Positions 43,504 to 56,364 of a stretch of DNA of 64,000 nt are shown in pieces. Both the position numbers and the translations under genes were made by a program. The notes under the pieces were generated by a model. That model was not told where the DNA came from. It saw nothing but the letters and a program-made list of their open reading frames with translations, and did not search any database. The stretch is from an uncultured Chloroflexia bacterium (GTDB lineage Bacteria; Chloroflexota; Chloroflexia; QHBQ01; JADMIH01). The stretch spans positions 448,001-512,000 of the forward strand of contig CAWCNY010000003.1 of NCBI GenBank assembly GCA_963797095.1. Reading direction: 5' to 3'. Numbering within the stretch: the stretch's first letter is position 1; the number at the start of each line of letters is the position of its first letter.

Positions 43504-45502
<1,999 letters not shown>

Positions 45503-45512
45503 AGGGTTCCCT

Positions 45513-46535
45513 CTAGCTGGAAAGAGCCAGGTCGAGGGCAGCCAAAACGGCAGGCTCATCCCCGAAATCCTGGGTATAGCGCTCAGCAAACTGCTCGCGC
45601 GTGTAAGAGTGGGCCTGCGTCCCATAGCTCTCAACGGCATAAACGGCGGCCAGTGAGGCCACCCTACCTGCTCTCTGGAGGTCAAGACCGGCGTTAAGGC
45701 CGAATATGAGGCCGCCCAGGTATGCATCGCCCGCGCCTACGGGGTCAACTACTTTCTCTGTGGAAGCGGGCGGGATGGCGGCCACTTCATCACGGGTCAT
45801 GATGACCGAACCGTGCTTGCCTTTGGTGCAGATCACCATCCCGGCGTGTTCGAGTATGGCCTGCTGGTCCATTCCCGTCTTATCGCGGATTAGCTCGTAC
45901 TCGTAGTCGTTGGCGAAGACCGCTTTCGCGCCGCGCACACCCTCGGCGAGTTCTTCTCCGGTCATGCGGATGATCTGCCAGATGGGTACATATATATAAG
46001 GAATGTTCAGTTCCTGGCATTCGCGGGTGAACTTGATGATAGGCTCAGGCTCGGTTGGCCCGATCACTACCGTCTCAATCTCATCACGTGGGATCGACTT
46101 AAGCGAGCGCGCCTTGTCGTGAGCCATAGCACCGGTGTAAAAGCCTGTGATCTGGTTGTTATCCAGGTCAGTGGTGATGTAGCAGGTGGCGGTGAATTCG
46201 TCGGGGACCACCTCCACATAGGAGGTATCGATGCCAAGCGCGTGCATCTCATCGCGATAGGCTGCCCAGTCGTTAGCGCCCACCGACACAAAAAGAGAGG
46301 GTGGCGCACCCAGCAAGGCCATCGTGTAGGCAACGTTGGCGGCCACCCCTCCGCGTTGACGCTTCAATGTGTTCACGAGGAACGAGAGGTTGAGCACGTG
46401 GATCTTGTCGGGCATTATGTGATCTTTGAAATAGCCCGGGAAGTCCATGATGTTATCGTAGGCTACGGAACCGGTGATTATTGTCGATTTTGGTCGCCCA
46501 GAGGGCACCCGGATTTCGGATTTCGGATTTATCAT
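45513..46535 (-). CDS. PfkB-family kinase, adenosine-kinase type (start uncertain)
   Basis: GSVAYDNIM.F.G.F, GGVAAN, NDYE, DPVGAGDAY. Confidence 0.85.
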   Translation of the reverse strand: MINPKSEIRVPSGRPKSTIITGSVAYDNIMDFPGYFKDHIMPDKIHVLNLSFLVNTLKRQRGGVAANVAYTMALLGAPPSLFVSVGANDWAAYRDEMHALGIDTSYVEVVPDEFTATCYITTDLDNNQITGFYTGAMAHDKARSLKSIPRDEIETVVIGPTEPEPIIKFTRECQELNIPYIYVPIWQIIRMTGEELAEGVRGAKAVFANDYEYELIRDKTGMDQQAILEHAGMVICTKGKHGSVIMTRDEVAAIPPASTEKVVDPVGAGDAYLGGLIFGLNAGLDLQRAGRVASLAAVYAVESYGTQAHSYTREQFAERYTQDFGDEPAVLAALDLALSS

Positions 46536-46579
46536 GGTTGGTACTGCTTTATTGCTTATCGCTAATTTGGTTGGTGGGA

Positions 46580-47659
46580 TCAGCTAATTCGGTCGTGTGT
46601 CCACTGCCGGATGGCATCTTCAAACGGTGGCCTGGCAATGCCAAACTCAGTGATTATAGCACTAATGAGGCTATTTGGGGTAACGTCGAAGGCCGGGTTG
46701 AAGGTCGAGGTACCCTCCGGCGCGTAAAGTTTGCCGCCGTGATGGGTGATTTCCTGTGGTTTGCGCTCCTCGATGACTATGCTTTTGCCCTGGAAAGTGG
46801 ATGGGTCGATGGTGGAGAGGGGTGCGACCACGTAGAAGGGTATGCGGTGGTGGTGGGCCAGCACCGCCAGTCCGTAGGTGCCGATCTTGTTGGCGGTGTC
46901 GCCGTTGGCGGCCATGCGGTCGGCTCCCAGGATCACGGCATCTACTTTGCCCGACTGCATAAGGGGAGCGGCCATGTTATCGGCGATGAGAGTATGGGGT
47001 ATAGCCCAGCGGGCAAGCTCCCAGGTGGTAAGGCGGGCACCCTGCAAAAGTGGGCGGGTTTCATCCACCCATACGTGAAGACGCTTGCCCTGATTGTGAG
47101 CCGTGTAGATCACCCCCAGAGCCGATCCGATACCACCTGCGGCCAGTGGCCCTGTGTTGCAGTGGGTTAGCACGTCCATTCCATCGAGCAACAGACCGGC
47201 CCCGAATCCGCCCATACGATTGTTTGCCTCGGTGTTTTCCTCGTCTACATGTCGAGCGGTATCGTATACAGCCTGCTTTACTGTGTGAAAGTCACCCGAA
47301 GGGGCAGCGCTGCGAGCGGCGTCGAGAACCCGATCGAGCGCCCAGGCAAGGTTGACGGCCGTGGGGCGCGTAGAGCGAAGGATCTGAGCGGCAGCGCCTA
47401 GGTCGTCCAACAGAGAAGGGATATCTGCGGCTTGAGAAGCATTGGCCGCCAGAGCCAGTCCATACGCGGCGGCGATCCCGATCACAGGTGCGCCACGCAC
47501 TTTAAGGGTGCTGATGGCATCGGCAAGTACATCAATAGCTCGGCAATCTATGAAGCTCAGTTCCGCCGGTAGCAGGGTCTGGTCGATCAGTCTGAGGGTG
47601 CCGACGGGCAGCCATTCAACCGCCGTGTGCAATTCGGATTTTGTATCTCGAACTAGCAA
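46580..47659 (-). CDS. mtnA: Methylthioribose-1-phosphate isomerase
   Basis: DQTLLP, VRGAPVIG, RPTAVNL, THCNTG, ETRPLLQG, ANKIGTY, NPAFDVTP. Confidence 0.96.
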   Translation of the reverse strand: MLVRDTKSELHTAVEWLPVGTLRLIDQTLLPAELSFIDCRAIDVLADAISTLKVRGAPVIGIAAAYGLALAANASQAADIPSLLDDLGAAAQILRSTRPTAVNLAWALDRVLDAARSAAPSGDFHTVKQAVYDTARHVDEENTEANNRMGGFGAGLLLDGMDVLTHCNTGPLAAGGIGSALGVIYTAHNQGKRLHVWVDETRPLLQGARLTTWELARWAIPHTLIADNMAAPLMQSGKVDAVILGADRMAANGDTANKIGTYGLAVLAHHHRIPFYVVAPLSTIDPSTFQGKSIVIEERKPQEITHHGGKLYAPEGTSTFNPAFDVTPNSLISAIITEFGIARPPFEDAIRQWTHDRIS

Positions 47660-47709
47660 CTATTCACCAATCTTACCTTTTGCTATGCTCCGGGTCGCGA
47701 TTCGCGCAC

Positions 47710-47737
47710 AAAAAAAGTTCTCCCGGCAGGAGAGAAC
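47710..47737 (-). terminator. Riboswitch intrinsic terminator
   Basis: Minus strand agttctctc-ctgcc-gggagaact followed by a T-tract. Confidence 0.85.
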
Positions 47738-47762
47738 TGGACATCAGGTATCAGCAAGGTTC

Positions 47763-47883
47763 TCTCTCATCTTTCAGTCCCTGTACGGGCCTGCCGGATT
47801 TGGCACCAACAATCGGGGCAAACGCACCTGATCTGGTTGCCGGGCTTCACGGGGCCGATCCCTCCGCCCATCTCGATAAGAGT
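47763..47883 (-). ncRNA. SAM-I (S-box) riboswitch
   Basis: Minus strand CTTATCGAGA..GGAGGGA..GGCCC..GAAGCCCGGCAACC..GGTGCCAAATCC.GCAG..CTGAAAGATGAG. Confidence 0.96.
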
Positions 47884-47916
47884 CCTGACTATTCGGTTAT
47901 TTATCGGACGATTCTG

Positions 47917-47945
47917 ATCTTATCATAATGGGCTTTGAGTGTCAA
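47917..47945 (-). promoter_or_regulatory. Promoter of the SAM-I operon
   Basis: TTGACA-17-TAAGAT on the minus strand. Confidence 0.75.
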
Positions 47946-47964
47946 GTTTGATCGATCTAGGCAC

Positions 47965-49438
47965 CAGGGCTGATGCAAAGTCAGAATAGTGAGGAAAGAG
48001 CAGCAAATAGCACCTTCATAGGATAGGATGCGAGTTACCGAACAACCATCAAACCTAAGAGAGGTGCTATGTGCCATGAAATGTACCATGCTGCCCTTGA
48101 ACGTGCAACTACCCGATGAGCCGTTTGCCTTCAGCTTGCAGGCTCTAGCTGAACGGTTCCAGACCATAAAGGACCTGCGCCGTCCCAGAGGCGTGCGTTA
48201 CCCACTGCCTGTGGTGCTCACAGTGGCAGTGCTCGCCAAGCTGGCTGGTCACAGCAAGCTTAGAGCAGTGGCAGAGTGGGCGCGGCTGCGCTCCGGCCAA
48301 CTGTGCGATCTGCTTGGCTTTGGAAGATGCACCCTGCCACACCCCACCACATGGAGCCGCATCTTCGCCACGGCTGTCGACCCTTGCGAGTTGGACAAGG
48401 CAGTAAATGGGTTCTTCAAGGAGTTGTGCTTGTGCTCTGCACGTATACAGAAGAAGCGCCGACGCAGAGGTGGTCTTGTAATAGCCATAGACGGCAAGAC
48501 CTTGCGAGATACCATCCCACTTGGGCAGACGCAAGGTGTGCATCTGGTGTGCGCTTACCTACCACAAGCAGGGGTGGTGCTGGCCCAGGTAGAGGTACAA
48601 GAGAAGGCTAACGAGCTAACCGTAGCTCCTACTTTGCTGGACTGGCTCAACTCGACCTGCATGGTGCTGTGATCACAGGAGACGCCATGTTGGCAGAGCC
48701 AATGTTTGCCCAGCGCAACCTGTCTGTTGAGGTGGTAGAAGGTGGGGGAGACTACCTGTGGAAGGTAAAGGATAACCAGCCCCAGTTGCTCGAAGATATC
48801 CGTCTGCTGTTCGACCCGCCACCCGCAAGCAAGACTGAAGCCTCTCTCTTTCCTGTGCCAGCCGACCTGCAGTGGGCAAGCAGCACCAACAAAGGACATG
48901 GACGAGTGGAGGAGAGGCAGATATGGGTGAGCAGTCTGCTCAAAGGCTACTCGGATTGGCCTTATCTGGAGCAAGTGTTCAAGCTCAAGTGCCGAGTGGA
49001 GGACAGGCTGGGACAGATACGTGAGACAGTGCATTATGGAGTAACCAGCCTGCCATGCACGACAGCCTCTCCACACAGGCTCCTACAGGTAGTGAGAGAG
49101 CATTGGGGAATAGAGAATGGTCTACATCACCGAAGGGACGTGAGCCTGGATGAAGACCATTCTCAGGTGAGATTGGGTGGTGCCCCACGTGTGATGGCTA
49201 CACTCAATAGCGTTGTGGTGGGGCTGGTTGTTCACCACGCACGCTGTGCAACAGACAGCGCTGCCAATCTACCTGCTGCACAGCGTGCCTTCCACTATCG
49301 CCTTGATCGCGCTCTATGGTCTTATCAATACCGCCATGGCCACCCGCACACCCACAGCCGCCACCGGCCACACTACTTGCGTCTGGTACCCACTCAATCT
49401 ATTGCTGGGGCTGCCTAGATGACTTTGCATCAGCCCTG
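47965..49438 (+). mobile_element. ISAs1-family insertion sequence
   Basis: Perfect 19-bp TIR cagggctgatgcaaagtca; 10-bp flanking DR atctaggcac/atcaaggcac (9/10 match). Confidence 0.92.
48076..49418 (+). pseudogene. ISAs1 transposase, frameshifted
   Basis: IAIDGKTLR, ITGDAM, VKDNQP, GHGRVEER, HWGIENGLH..RDV..ED; frameshift at about 48640-48650. Confidence 0.88.
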
Positions 49439-49541
49439 ATCAAGGCACATAAAGGGCCCTATACCCTCAGCTGGGCTTCTCCTCACGCGGACAGATAGCG
49501 GCATGGGCTATCAAAAAGGGGCTGGTGCAGTAGGATTCTTC

Positions 49542-50903
49542 CTATACCCGCACGTCGAAACGGGGGATTGCCTGGGGTCTGGAGTCGTTTGGCCCCTCAG
49601 ACAGCACGGACTGCTTGCGGTCGGGCCGCCTGGTATAGTTGAGCCTTGAGAGGAGATTAGCGAGAGCTTCAAGGCTGGCGAGGTTGTTGGCTGGAAGGAA
49701 GTCGTCCACGTATTGAAGGGCGGCAGCCATGCCCCGCGTGAGGGGCCGGTACCCGCGCACGCCAAGCAGGGGGTTCAGCCAGATGAGGCGGAAGGACACC
49801 CGCTGAAGGTGGGCCATCTCGGAGGTTAGTAGGGCCGGGTCACCCCGATCCCAGCCGTCGCTGATGATGCACACCACCGCCCCGTGACCGAGCACCCGGC
49901 GCGCCCACTTTGTGTTAAAAGTGCGCAAGGCCTCGCCCAGGCGGGTACCGCCCGACCAATCGGTGACATGCCGGGACACTTCGGAGAGCGCCCGATCTAC
50001 GTCGCGCATTTTCAACTGCCTGGTGATGCGGGTGAGCCTGGTGCCAAAGAGAAAGACCTCGGAATTGACGACACCGCGATGGAGCGTGTGGAGAAAGTAG
50101 AGAAACATGCGGGTGTAGGGAGCCATCGAGCCGCTGACATCGCAAAGGACCACCAGGGGCCGGGGCTTGCGGCGCGGGCCAAGAGTGAGCAGACGATAGG
50201 CAACCCCCTCCGTGCGCATAGCGCGGCGCACGGTGCGGCGAAAATCGAGCCTGCGGCCGCGGCGCACGGGGGCAAGGCGGCGGGTGCGGCGCATCCCAGG
50301 CTCCCATTCCCAGGTCGAAAGGAGCAGCCTGGCCGACGTAAGCTCCTCCTCGGTAAAGCTGGCGAAATCAATATGCCGCAACCGTTCTTGAGCACTATAC
50401 AGCAGCATCTGGCTCACCTCGTCCAGCAGATCATCGGGGTTTGCCTCGTCCGAGGCATCGCTACCGCTGTCCATCAGCGTGGTCCGCTCGATCATCGGCA
50501 AGATATCGGGCCGGCGCATTGTTTGGTCGGTTTGCTGCTCAGGCTGTGCCCTGATCATGCCGTTGGAGGAATTGAGAGAGCCTGTGTCGGAGGGGATAAT
50601 GATCTGGCGGGTGCGGCCCCAGAACTGCCGGAATGTCAGGTCGAATCGAGGCAGGTCCTCTTTGCGCGAGCAGAGAAGGGCACGGGCGGCAAAGTAGATC
50701 GTATCGCGGTCGGCGGGGTCGAGCGCGGGGAGGATGCGAAGGAGGTCTTGCACCTGGCCTGGGGAGAGTTGAACGCCGTTTCGCTTGAGAAGACGCCCGA
50801 ACTCGATCCATCGCCGGGCAAGCTTATTGCCCAGCTTCTCAAGGGCAGGATTATCGGAGGGATGAAGCGGCGCGGAGCCGTTACTGGCCGGCGGTCGTGC
50901 CAT
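49542..50903 (-). CDS. coxE: CoxE-like vWA protein
   Basis: MIDAS DVSGSM, FGTRLT, WSGGTRLG, ISDGWD, WLNPL. Confidence 0.88.
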   Translation of the reverse strand: MARPPASNGSAPLHPSDNPALEKLGNKLARRWIEFGRLLKRNGVQLSPGQVQDLLRILPALDPADRDTIYFAARALLCSRKEDLPRFDLTFRQFWGRTRQIIIPSDTGSLNSSNGMIRAQPEQQTDQTMRRPDILPMIERTTLMDSGSDASDEANPDDLLDEVSQMLLYSAQERLRHIDFASFTEEELTSARLLLSTWEWEPGMRRTRRLAPVRRGRRLDFRRTVRRAMRTEGVAYRLLTLGPRRKPRPLVVLCDVSGSMAPYTRMFLYFLHTLHRGVVNSEVFLFGTRLTRITRQLKMRDVDRALSEVSRHVTDWSGGTRLGEALRTFNTKWARRVLGHGAVVCIISDGWDRGDPALLTSEMAHLQRVSFRLIWLNPLLGVRGYRPLTRGMAAALQYVDDFLPANNLASLEALANLLSRLNYTRRPDRKQSVLSEGPNDSRPQAIPRFDVRV

Positions 50904-51849
50904 GCTCCAGTGCCTCCCTGGATGCTGCCGTCACCAGGGCATCGAGCGATTGGCCTCGCACCAGTTCTATATCTTCCTGGTGCTTGAGCAAGGCACCGAG
51001 AGTGTCGGCAACTACCTGAACGGTGAGAGTCTGCTGGTCGAGGGCCAGCAGAGCAGCCGCCCAATCGAGGGTTTCGGCCACACCGGGCAGCTTGTAGAGG
51101 TCCATGTGGCGCAGCTGCTGAACGAGGCCGACCACCTGCAGAGCCAGCGTCCGGGGCGTGCCGGGAAGACGAGCGTCGAGCACCGCAAGCTCTTTGTCGA
51201 AAGTGGGATAGTCGATCCAGTGGTAGAGGCAGCGGCGCTTGAGGGCGTCGTGTATCTCGCGGGTGCGGTTGCTGGTGATCACCACGGCAGGTGGTTGCTT
51301 GGGACGGAATGTGCCAACCTCCGGCACGGTAACCTGGAAGTCGGATAGCAACTCCAGGAGGAAGGCCTCGAACTCTTCATCGGCGCGATCAAGCTCGTCT
51401 ATCAAGAGCACAGGGCGTCCCTCGCCCCGGTAGGTGACGGCCTGAAGCAGTGGGCGCTCTATCAGGAAATCGGGGCCGAACAGGTGCTGCTCCTCCAGTT
51501 GGGTAGCCGGGGAGTGAAAGTCTGCTATCTGGCCCGCCTCGCCTGTGCCTTGAGCGCCACGGATGCGCGCCTCCAGCAGGCGGATATGCATCATCTGCCG
51601 GGCGTAATTCCACTCATAGACGGCGGTGCTGACATCAAGGCCCTCGTAGCACTGAAGCCTGATCAGGTTGGTGCCCAGCATCAAAGCGAGGGTCTTGGCG
51701 ACCTCGGTCTTGCCAACGCCCGCTTCCCCCTCAAGGAAGAGGGGTTTGGGCAGGGTGAGGCTGAGAAAGAGAGAGGTGGCAAGCCCTCGCTCCGCCACAT
51801 ATTTGTGTTGAGCGAGGGCTTCTTGTACATCGTTTACTGATGAGAACAT
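50881..51849 (-). CDS. coxD: CoxD-like MoxR AAA+ ATPase
   Basis: GEAGVGKT, LQCYEGLD, LIDELDRADEEFE, DALKRRC. Confidence 0.9.
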   Translation of the reverse strand: MFSSVNDVQEALAQHKYVAERGLATSLFLSLTLPKPLFLEGEAGVGKTEVAKTLALMLGTNLIRLQCYEGLDVSTAVYEWNYARQMMHIRLLEARIRGAQGTGEAGQIADFHSPATQLEEQHLFGPDFLIERPLLQAVTYRGEGRPVLLIDELDRADEEFEAFLLELLSDFQVTVPEVGTFRPKQPPAVVITSNRTREIHDALKRRCLYHWIDYPTFDKELAVLDARLPGTPRTLALQVVGLVQQLRHMDLYKLPGVAETLDWAAALLALDQQTLTVQVVADTLGALLKHQEDIELVRGQSLDALVTAASREALEHGTTAGQ

Positions 51850-51865
51850 AGGTTGTTGATCTTAC

Positions 51866-52720
51866 TTACGCTCTACCTTTCGCGGTTTCTACGGCGCGGG
51901 TGGCGACTACTTCGGCCAGGTGTTTGCGATAGTCAGCCGAACCGAATAGGTCCGACATCCAGTCTACATCCATTGCGCCGATCGTGCCAACAGCACCCTT
52001 GAGATCGTTGTCGGCCAGGCGGGTGCCTTTCAGAGCGTTCTCGGCATCGGTCAGGCGGAACGGCCTGGCAGCCGCACCCGTTATTCCGAGGGCTATGTCG
52101 CTGCACGTGCCGTCACCATCGAGCGAGACAACGGCGGCAACACCCACAAGCGCGTAGTGTGACGCTTTGTTGCGCACCTTTACGTAGGCCGAGCCTGCGT
52201 TGCCTGTGGACCTGGGCACGCGGATGGAAGTGATGATCTCGCCTGGCTCAAGAGCCGTGGTAAAGAGATCGATGAAGAAGTCGCCTGCGGCGATCTCACG
52301 GCTGTTGGTGACGATTGTCGCGCCGAGGGCAAGGACGGCTGCCGTGGCGTCGGCTGCGGGGTCGGCGTGGGCGATGCTGCCGCCCAGAGTGCCCCGCGCC
52401 CGTACCTGGGCATCGCCGATTGAGCGGGCCATCTCGGCCAGCAGCGAGCAACCGTCGGCTATATCGCCGTTGGTGTGCACCTGGTAGTGGGTCGCCATCG
52501 AACCGATCTCAAGCGAGCCGTTGCTGGCACGTATCTCCTTTAGCTGGGAGATGCGGCCCAGGTCAACCAGCAGAGTTGGCGCGGCAAGGCGCAACTTCAT
52601 CGTAGGGATCAGGCTGTGACCGCCCGCCAGCAGCTTGGCATCATCGCCGCCGTCGCGGAGCGCGCTCAAGGCTTCGTCCAGCGTGCCGGGGGCCACGTAA
52701 TCAAATTCCTTAGGTATCAT
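51866..52720 (-). CDS. coxM: Molybdenum hydroxylase FAD (medium) subunit
   Basis: AGGHSLIPTMKLR, GTLGGSIAHADP. Confidence 0.9.
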   Translation of the reverse strand: MIPKEFDYVAPGTLDEALSALRDGGDDAKLLAGGHSLIPTMKLRLAAPTLLVDLGRISQLKEIRASNGSLEIGSMATHYQVHTNGDIADGCSLLAEMARSIGDAQVRARGTLGGSIAHADPAADATAAVLALGATIVTNSREIAAGDFFIDLFTTALEPGEIITSIRVPRSTGNAGSAYVKVRNKASHYALVGVAAVVSLDGDGTCSDIALGITGAAARPFRLTDAENALKGTRLADNDLKGAVGTIGAMDVDWMSDLFGSADYRKHLAEVVATRAVETAKGRA

Positions 52721-52739
52721 GTTATCCTCCGGGTTGGGT

Positions 52740-52880
52740 TCGTAGTTCCTGGTTCCAAGTTCCAAGTTGATGGTAGTCGGTAGTCGGTAGTCGGTAGTCG
52801 GATCTTCGGGCTAAATACTCGCCACTCGCCACTCGCCACTCGCCACTCGCCACTCGCCACTCGTCACTCGTCACTCGTCA
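52740..52880. repeat. Phased heptamer arrays (tccaagt/agtcggt; actcgcc/actcgtc)
   Basis: Directly visible between coxL and coxM. Confidence 0.9.
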
Positions 52881-55295
52881 TCATGAATTTATGGCACGCC
52901 AGACCTTTTCAGGGCGGAGGGGCATATCGATGTGCTTCACGCCGAGGTCGCTGAGGGCATCTACTACGGCATTGACGATCACGGGGGTGGAGGCGATAGT
53001 GCCAGCCTCGCCCACGCCTTTCACGCCGAGCGGGTTGACGGGCGAGGGGGTGATGGTCGCGCCTGTTTCGATGTTGGGTAGGTCGCTACTGAAGGGCACC
53101 GCGTAGTCCATGAGGGAGCCTGTGATCAACTGCCCTTCCTCGTCGTACACAACCTCTTCCCACAACGCCTGGGCAATACCCTGCGCCACACCGCCATGCA
53201 CCTGTCCATCGACAATCATGGGGTTGATCACGTTGCCGCAATCGTCCACCGCGATGTATCGCAAGATGGTGGTTTCGCCGGTCTCGGTGTCTACATCTAC
53301 CTCGGCGATATGGACGCCGAAAGGATAGGTAAAGTTTACAGGGTCGAAGAAAGCCACCTCGCTGAGGCCCGGTTCCAGGCCTTCTGGGAGGTCGTGGCCC
53401 GTATTGGCTGAGAGGGCGATATCTTCGAAGGAGACCGAACGCTTGACGGTGGGTGGTTGCGCGGCGGCTTCGGGCGTCTGCAATTTACCGCCCGCCACTA
53501 GGTCTTCGTCCAACGGCAGACCGCGCACTGTGATAATACCGTCGTGGATCTCCAGGTCTTCGGGAGCCACCTCTAGCTGGTGGGCCGCGATCTTGAGCAT
53601 CTTGTCGCGCACCTTGATGGCGGCATTGTTCACCGCCGTGCCGTCAACCGCCAGGCTGCGGCTTGCAAAGGTGCCGGTGCCGGTCTGGATCATGCCGGTA
53701 TCGCCCTCGAACACGCGCACTTTGCTGTGGTCGATGCCGAGTTGCTCGGCGGCTATCTGTGCCCAGCTTGTGAGGTGGCCCTGGCCGTGGCCGCTGGCGC
53801 CTGCGAACACCTCCACGGTGCCTGAGCGGTCGACTCGAACGGTGGCGCTGCCAAAAAGCTGGTTCCGCACGCCGAGGCCGGCCGTGGCTTGCCCAGGACC
53901 CCAACCCGCGATCTCCACGTAGGCCGCCATGCCGATGCCGCGCCGCACGCGTGGGTTGCCGCCATTGATCTCGTCGCGGCGCGCCTTCATGCCTGCGTAA
54001 TCGGCCATCTGGAGCGCCTTGTCGAGGGTTGGCACGTAGTTTCCGCTGTCATAGGCAAGACCGGCGGAACTGGTGAAGGGCCAATCTTCTTCCTGCACGA
54101 AGTTCTTGCGGCGCACCTCTGCCGGGTCCATCCCGATCTCGTCGGCGAGCATATCGACCGCACGCTCGATGGCGTAGGTGGCTTCGGGCCGGCCCGCCCC
54201 GCGATAGGCATCCACAAAGAGGGTGTTGGTGTAGCCCACGTGGATGTCTACCTGGAAGCCGCTCAGCTTGTAGTTGCCGGGGAGCATCAGCCCCGCGAGG
54301 ACCGGAAGACCGGCGGCGAAGAATCGGCAGTAGGCCCCAATGTTTGCGTAAAGCTTGACCCGAAGGCCCAGGATCGTGCCGTCACGCTTGGCGGCTATCT
54401 CGACGTAGTCGACTATGTCGCGCCCATGAACGGTGTTTTGCAGGTTTTCCTGGCGCGTCTCGATCCATTTGACCGGCCTGCCCGTGACTATCGCCATGAG
54501 GGGCACAATGAAGTCTTCGGGGAGGATGTTGAGCTTGGAGCCGAAGCCGCCGCCCACATCGGGCGCGATCACGCGGATATTGTTCTCAGGGATGCCGAGC
54601 ATCCCGGCCAGGTGGTGCTTGGTGAGGTGGGGAGTCTGGGTGCTGGACCAGATGGTAAGCTCGTTCATCGGCTTGTTGTACTGGGCCACGATACCCCGCG
54701 TTTCGATGGAGACGGGCGCAAGCCTCTGGTTCACCAGGCGCTGGGTGACCGTCACTTCGGCATCGCGGAAAGCGGCCTCGATATCGCCGGTGGTCACGCT
54801 GAACAGGTATGCCTGGTTGGTGCCCAGGCTTTCGTGCAGGATGGGTGCGCCATCTTTTAGGGCATCCTCGATGTTGGTGACGGCAGGCAGCGGATCGTAA
54901 TCGACATTCACCATATCAAGGGCATCTTCGATGCGATAGCGGTCATCAACCGCCACCGCCGCCACAGGCTCACCTACATAGCGCACCACATCGGTCGCCA
55001 TCGCCCAGTGTTCGGGGGCTTTCAAATCGGCGGGTATAACCCAGGTGATGGGCAGGGGCGATTTCTGGTGGGCGCGCACATCGGCTCCCGTAAGTTTGCC
55101 TCTTACCCAGGACTGCCCATCGAGGGCAGACATATCGATGTTCTTAATACGAGCGTGGGCGTACTGGCTGTGCACAATACCCACGTAAAGCATGCCGGGG
55201 AGCTTGATGTCATCGACATAGGTGCCTGCCCCGGTAACCAGCTTGGGGTCTTCATGCCGTCGCACGCTCGCGCCAACCATGTTGCCTATAGCCAT
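52881..55295 (-). CDS. coxL: Form II CODH-like molybdopterin (large) subunit
   Basis: GGGFGSK, AYRGAGRPE, GQGH, KGVGEAG. Confidence 0.9.
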   Translation of the reverse strand: MAIGNMVGASVRRHEDPKLVTGAGTYVDDIKLPGMLYVGIVHSQYAHARIKNIDMSALDGQSWVRGKLTGADVRAHQKSPLPITWVIPADLKAPEHWAMATDVVRYVGEPVAAVAVDDRYRIEDALDMVNVDYDPLPAVTNIEDALKDGAPILHESLGTNQAYLFSVTTGDIEAAFRDAEVTVTQRLVNQRLAPVSIETRGIVAQYNKPMNELTIWSSTQTPHLTKHHLAGMLGIPENNIRVIAPDVGGGFGSKLNILPEDFIVPLMAIVTGRPVKWIETRQENLQNTVHGRDIVDYVEIAAKRDGTILGLRVKLYANIGAYCRFFAAGLPVLAGLMLPGNYKLSGFQVDIHVGYTNTLFVDAYRGAGRPEATYAIERAVDMLADEIGMDPAEVRRKNFVQEEDWPFTSSAGLAYDSGNYVPTLDKALQMADYAGMKARRDEINGGNPRVRRGIGMAAYVEIAGWGPGQATAGLGVRNQLFGSATVRVDRSGTVEVFAGASGHGQGHLTSWAQIAAEQLGIDHSKVRVFEGDTGMIQTGTGTFASRSLAVDGTAVNNAAIKVRDKMLKIAAHQLEVAPEDLEIHDGIITVRGLPLDEDLVAGGKLQTPEAAAQPPTVKRSVSFEDIALSANTGHDLPEGLEPGLSEVAFFDPVNFTYPFGVHIAEVDVDTETGETTILRYIAVDDCGNVINPMIVDGQVHGGVAQGIAQALWEEVVYDEEGQLITGSLMDYAVPFSSDLPNIETGATITPSPVNPLGVKGVGEAGTIASTPVIVNAVVDALSDLGVKHIDMPLRPEKVWRAINS

Positions 55296-55417
55296 GTTAG
55301 ACCTCCTGATTGAAATGCGGTGTTCGGAATGAGAAGTAACTGCGTACTTCGTATTGCGTACCGCGTACTTCGTAGTGCTTACTTACTCGTCACTCGTCGT
55401 CACTCGTCGTCACTCGA

Positions 55418-55927
55418 CTACCGAGCCGGCATCATTTCGCCTCGCGACGAGGCTTCGGTGACATCCTGCCCGGCGGCGGCGCGCACGGCTTTCACTATAT
55501 TGTGGTAGCCTGTGCAGCGGCAGATATTGCCTTCGAGGCCATGCCTTATCTCCTCCTCCGAAGGATTGGGGTTATCCTTGAGGAGGGAGGCGGCAGACAT
55601 GATCATACCTGGGGTGCAATAGCCACACTGGAGGCCGTGGTGCTCCCAGAAGGCCGCCTGGAGGGGGTGCATCTCACCGGGCGTGGAGGCAAGCCCTTCG
55701 ATGGTGGTGACTTCGGCCCCATTAGCCTGCACCGCGAACATGGTGCACGACTTGACCGCCTGGCCGTTGAGGTGGACCGTGCAAGCGCCGCACTGGCTGG
55801 TATCGCAGCCTATATGCGTGCCTGTAAGGTCGAGATTCTCGCGCAGGTAGTGCACCAGGAGGGTGCGCGCCTCGATCTCGCTCTCGTGCTTCGTGCCGTT
55901 GACCGTAAGAGAAATCTTCTGCTTCAC
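55418..55927 (-). CDS. coxS: 2x[2Fe-2S] (small) subunit
   Basis: [24 protein letters not shown]. Confidence 0.93.
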   Translation of the reverse strand: MKQKISLTVNGTKHESEIEARTLLVHYLRENLDLTGTHIGCDTSQCGACTVHLNGQAVKSCTMFAVQANGAEVTTIEGLASTPGEMHPLQAAFWEHHGLQCGYCTPGMIMSAASLLKDNPNPSEEEIRHGLEGNICRCTGYHNIVKAVRAAAGQDVTEASSRGEMMPAR

Positions 55928-56364
55928 GATAGAACCTCCTTGTCTAAATAGCCCTCCATCGGACAGTGACAGTTATTGACCTGCCATAATCGAGAGACCG
56001 TGCCACCGGCGGGGTTGAAGCACGGGCGAAGCGTCGTCTATTCTATTGTCGGGAATCCTTGAAATTAGGTGGGCGATGGGGCGGGAAGAGCCCCAGGAGC
56101 AGGGACATGTGGGCAACAAAGGCAAAAATACCCAGCATGAATGAGGAAGGCTCCGTGGGACCTGTTTCGTGCGCCCGGTAGTGAGTCATCATAGCACAAA
56201 AGCCAAGCACGCGCAACGCTCATTGAGAGTGGGATCAAGGTCAGATTCTGTGGGTTTAAAAGAAGAATTCTACTCTGCCTCAGGCTGGATTTCGGTGCAC
56301 CACTGAGATGGAATCTGTTGTATAATGGCATCCGGGATCGCTTTGTGAAAGGGGTAACAAAGTC

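Noticed and set aside
52881-55295. Bona fide form I CO dehydrogenase
   Set aside because: It lacks AYxCSFR and the M-S-L gene order.
55930-56360. Moco riboswitch upstream of coxS
   Set aside because: No consensus elements recognised.
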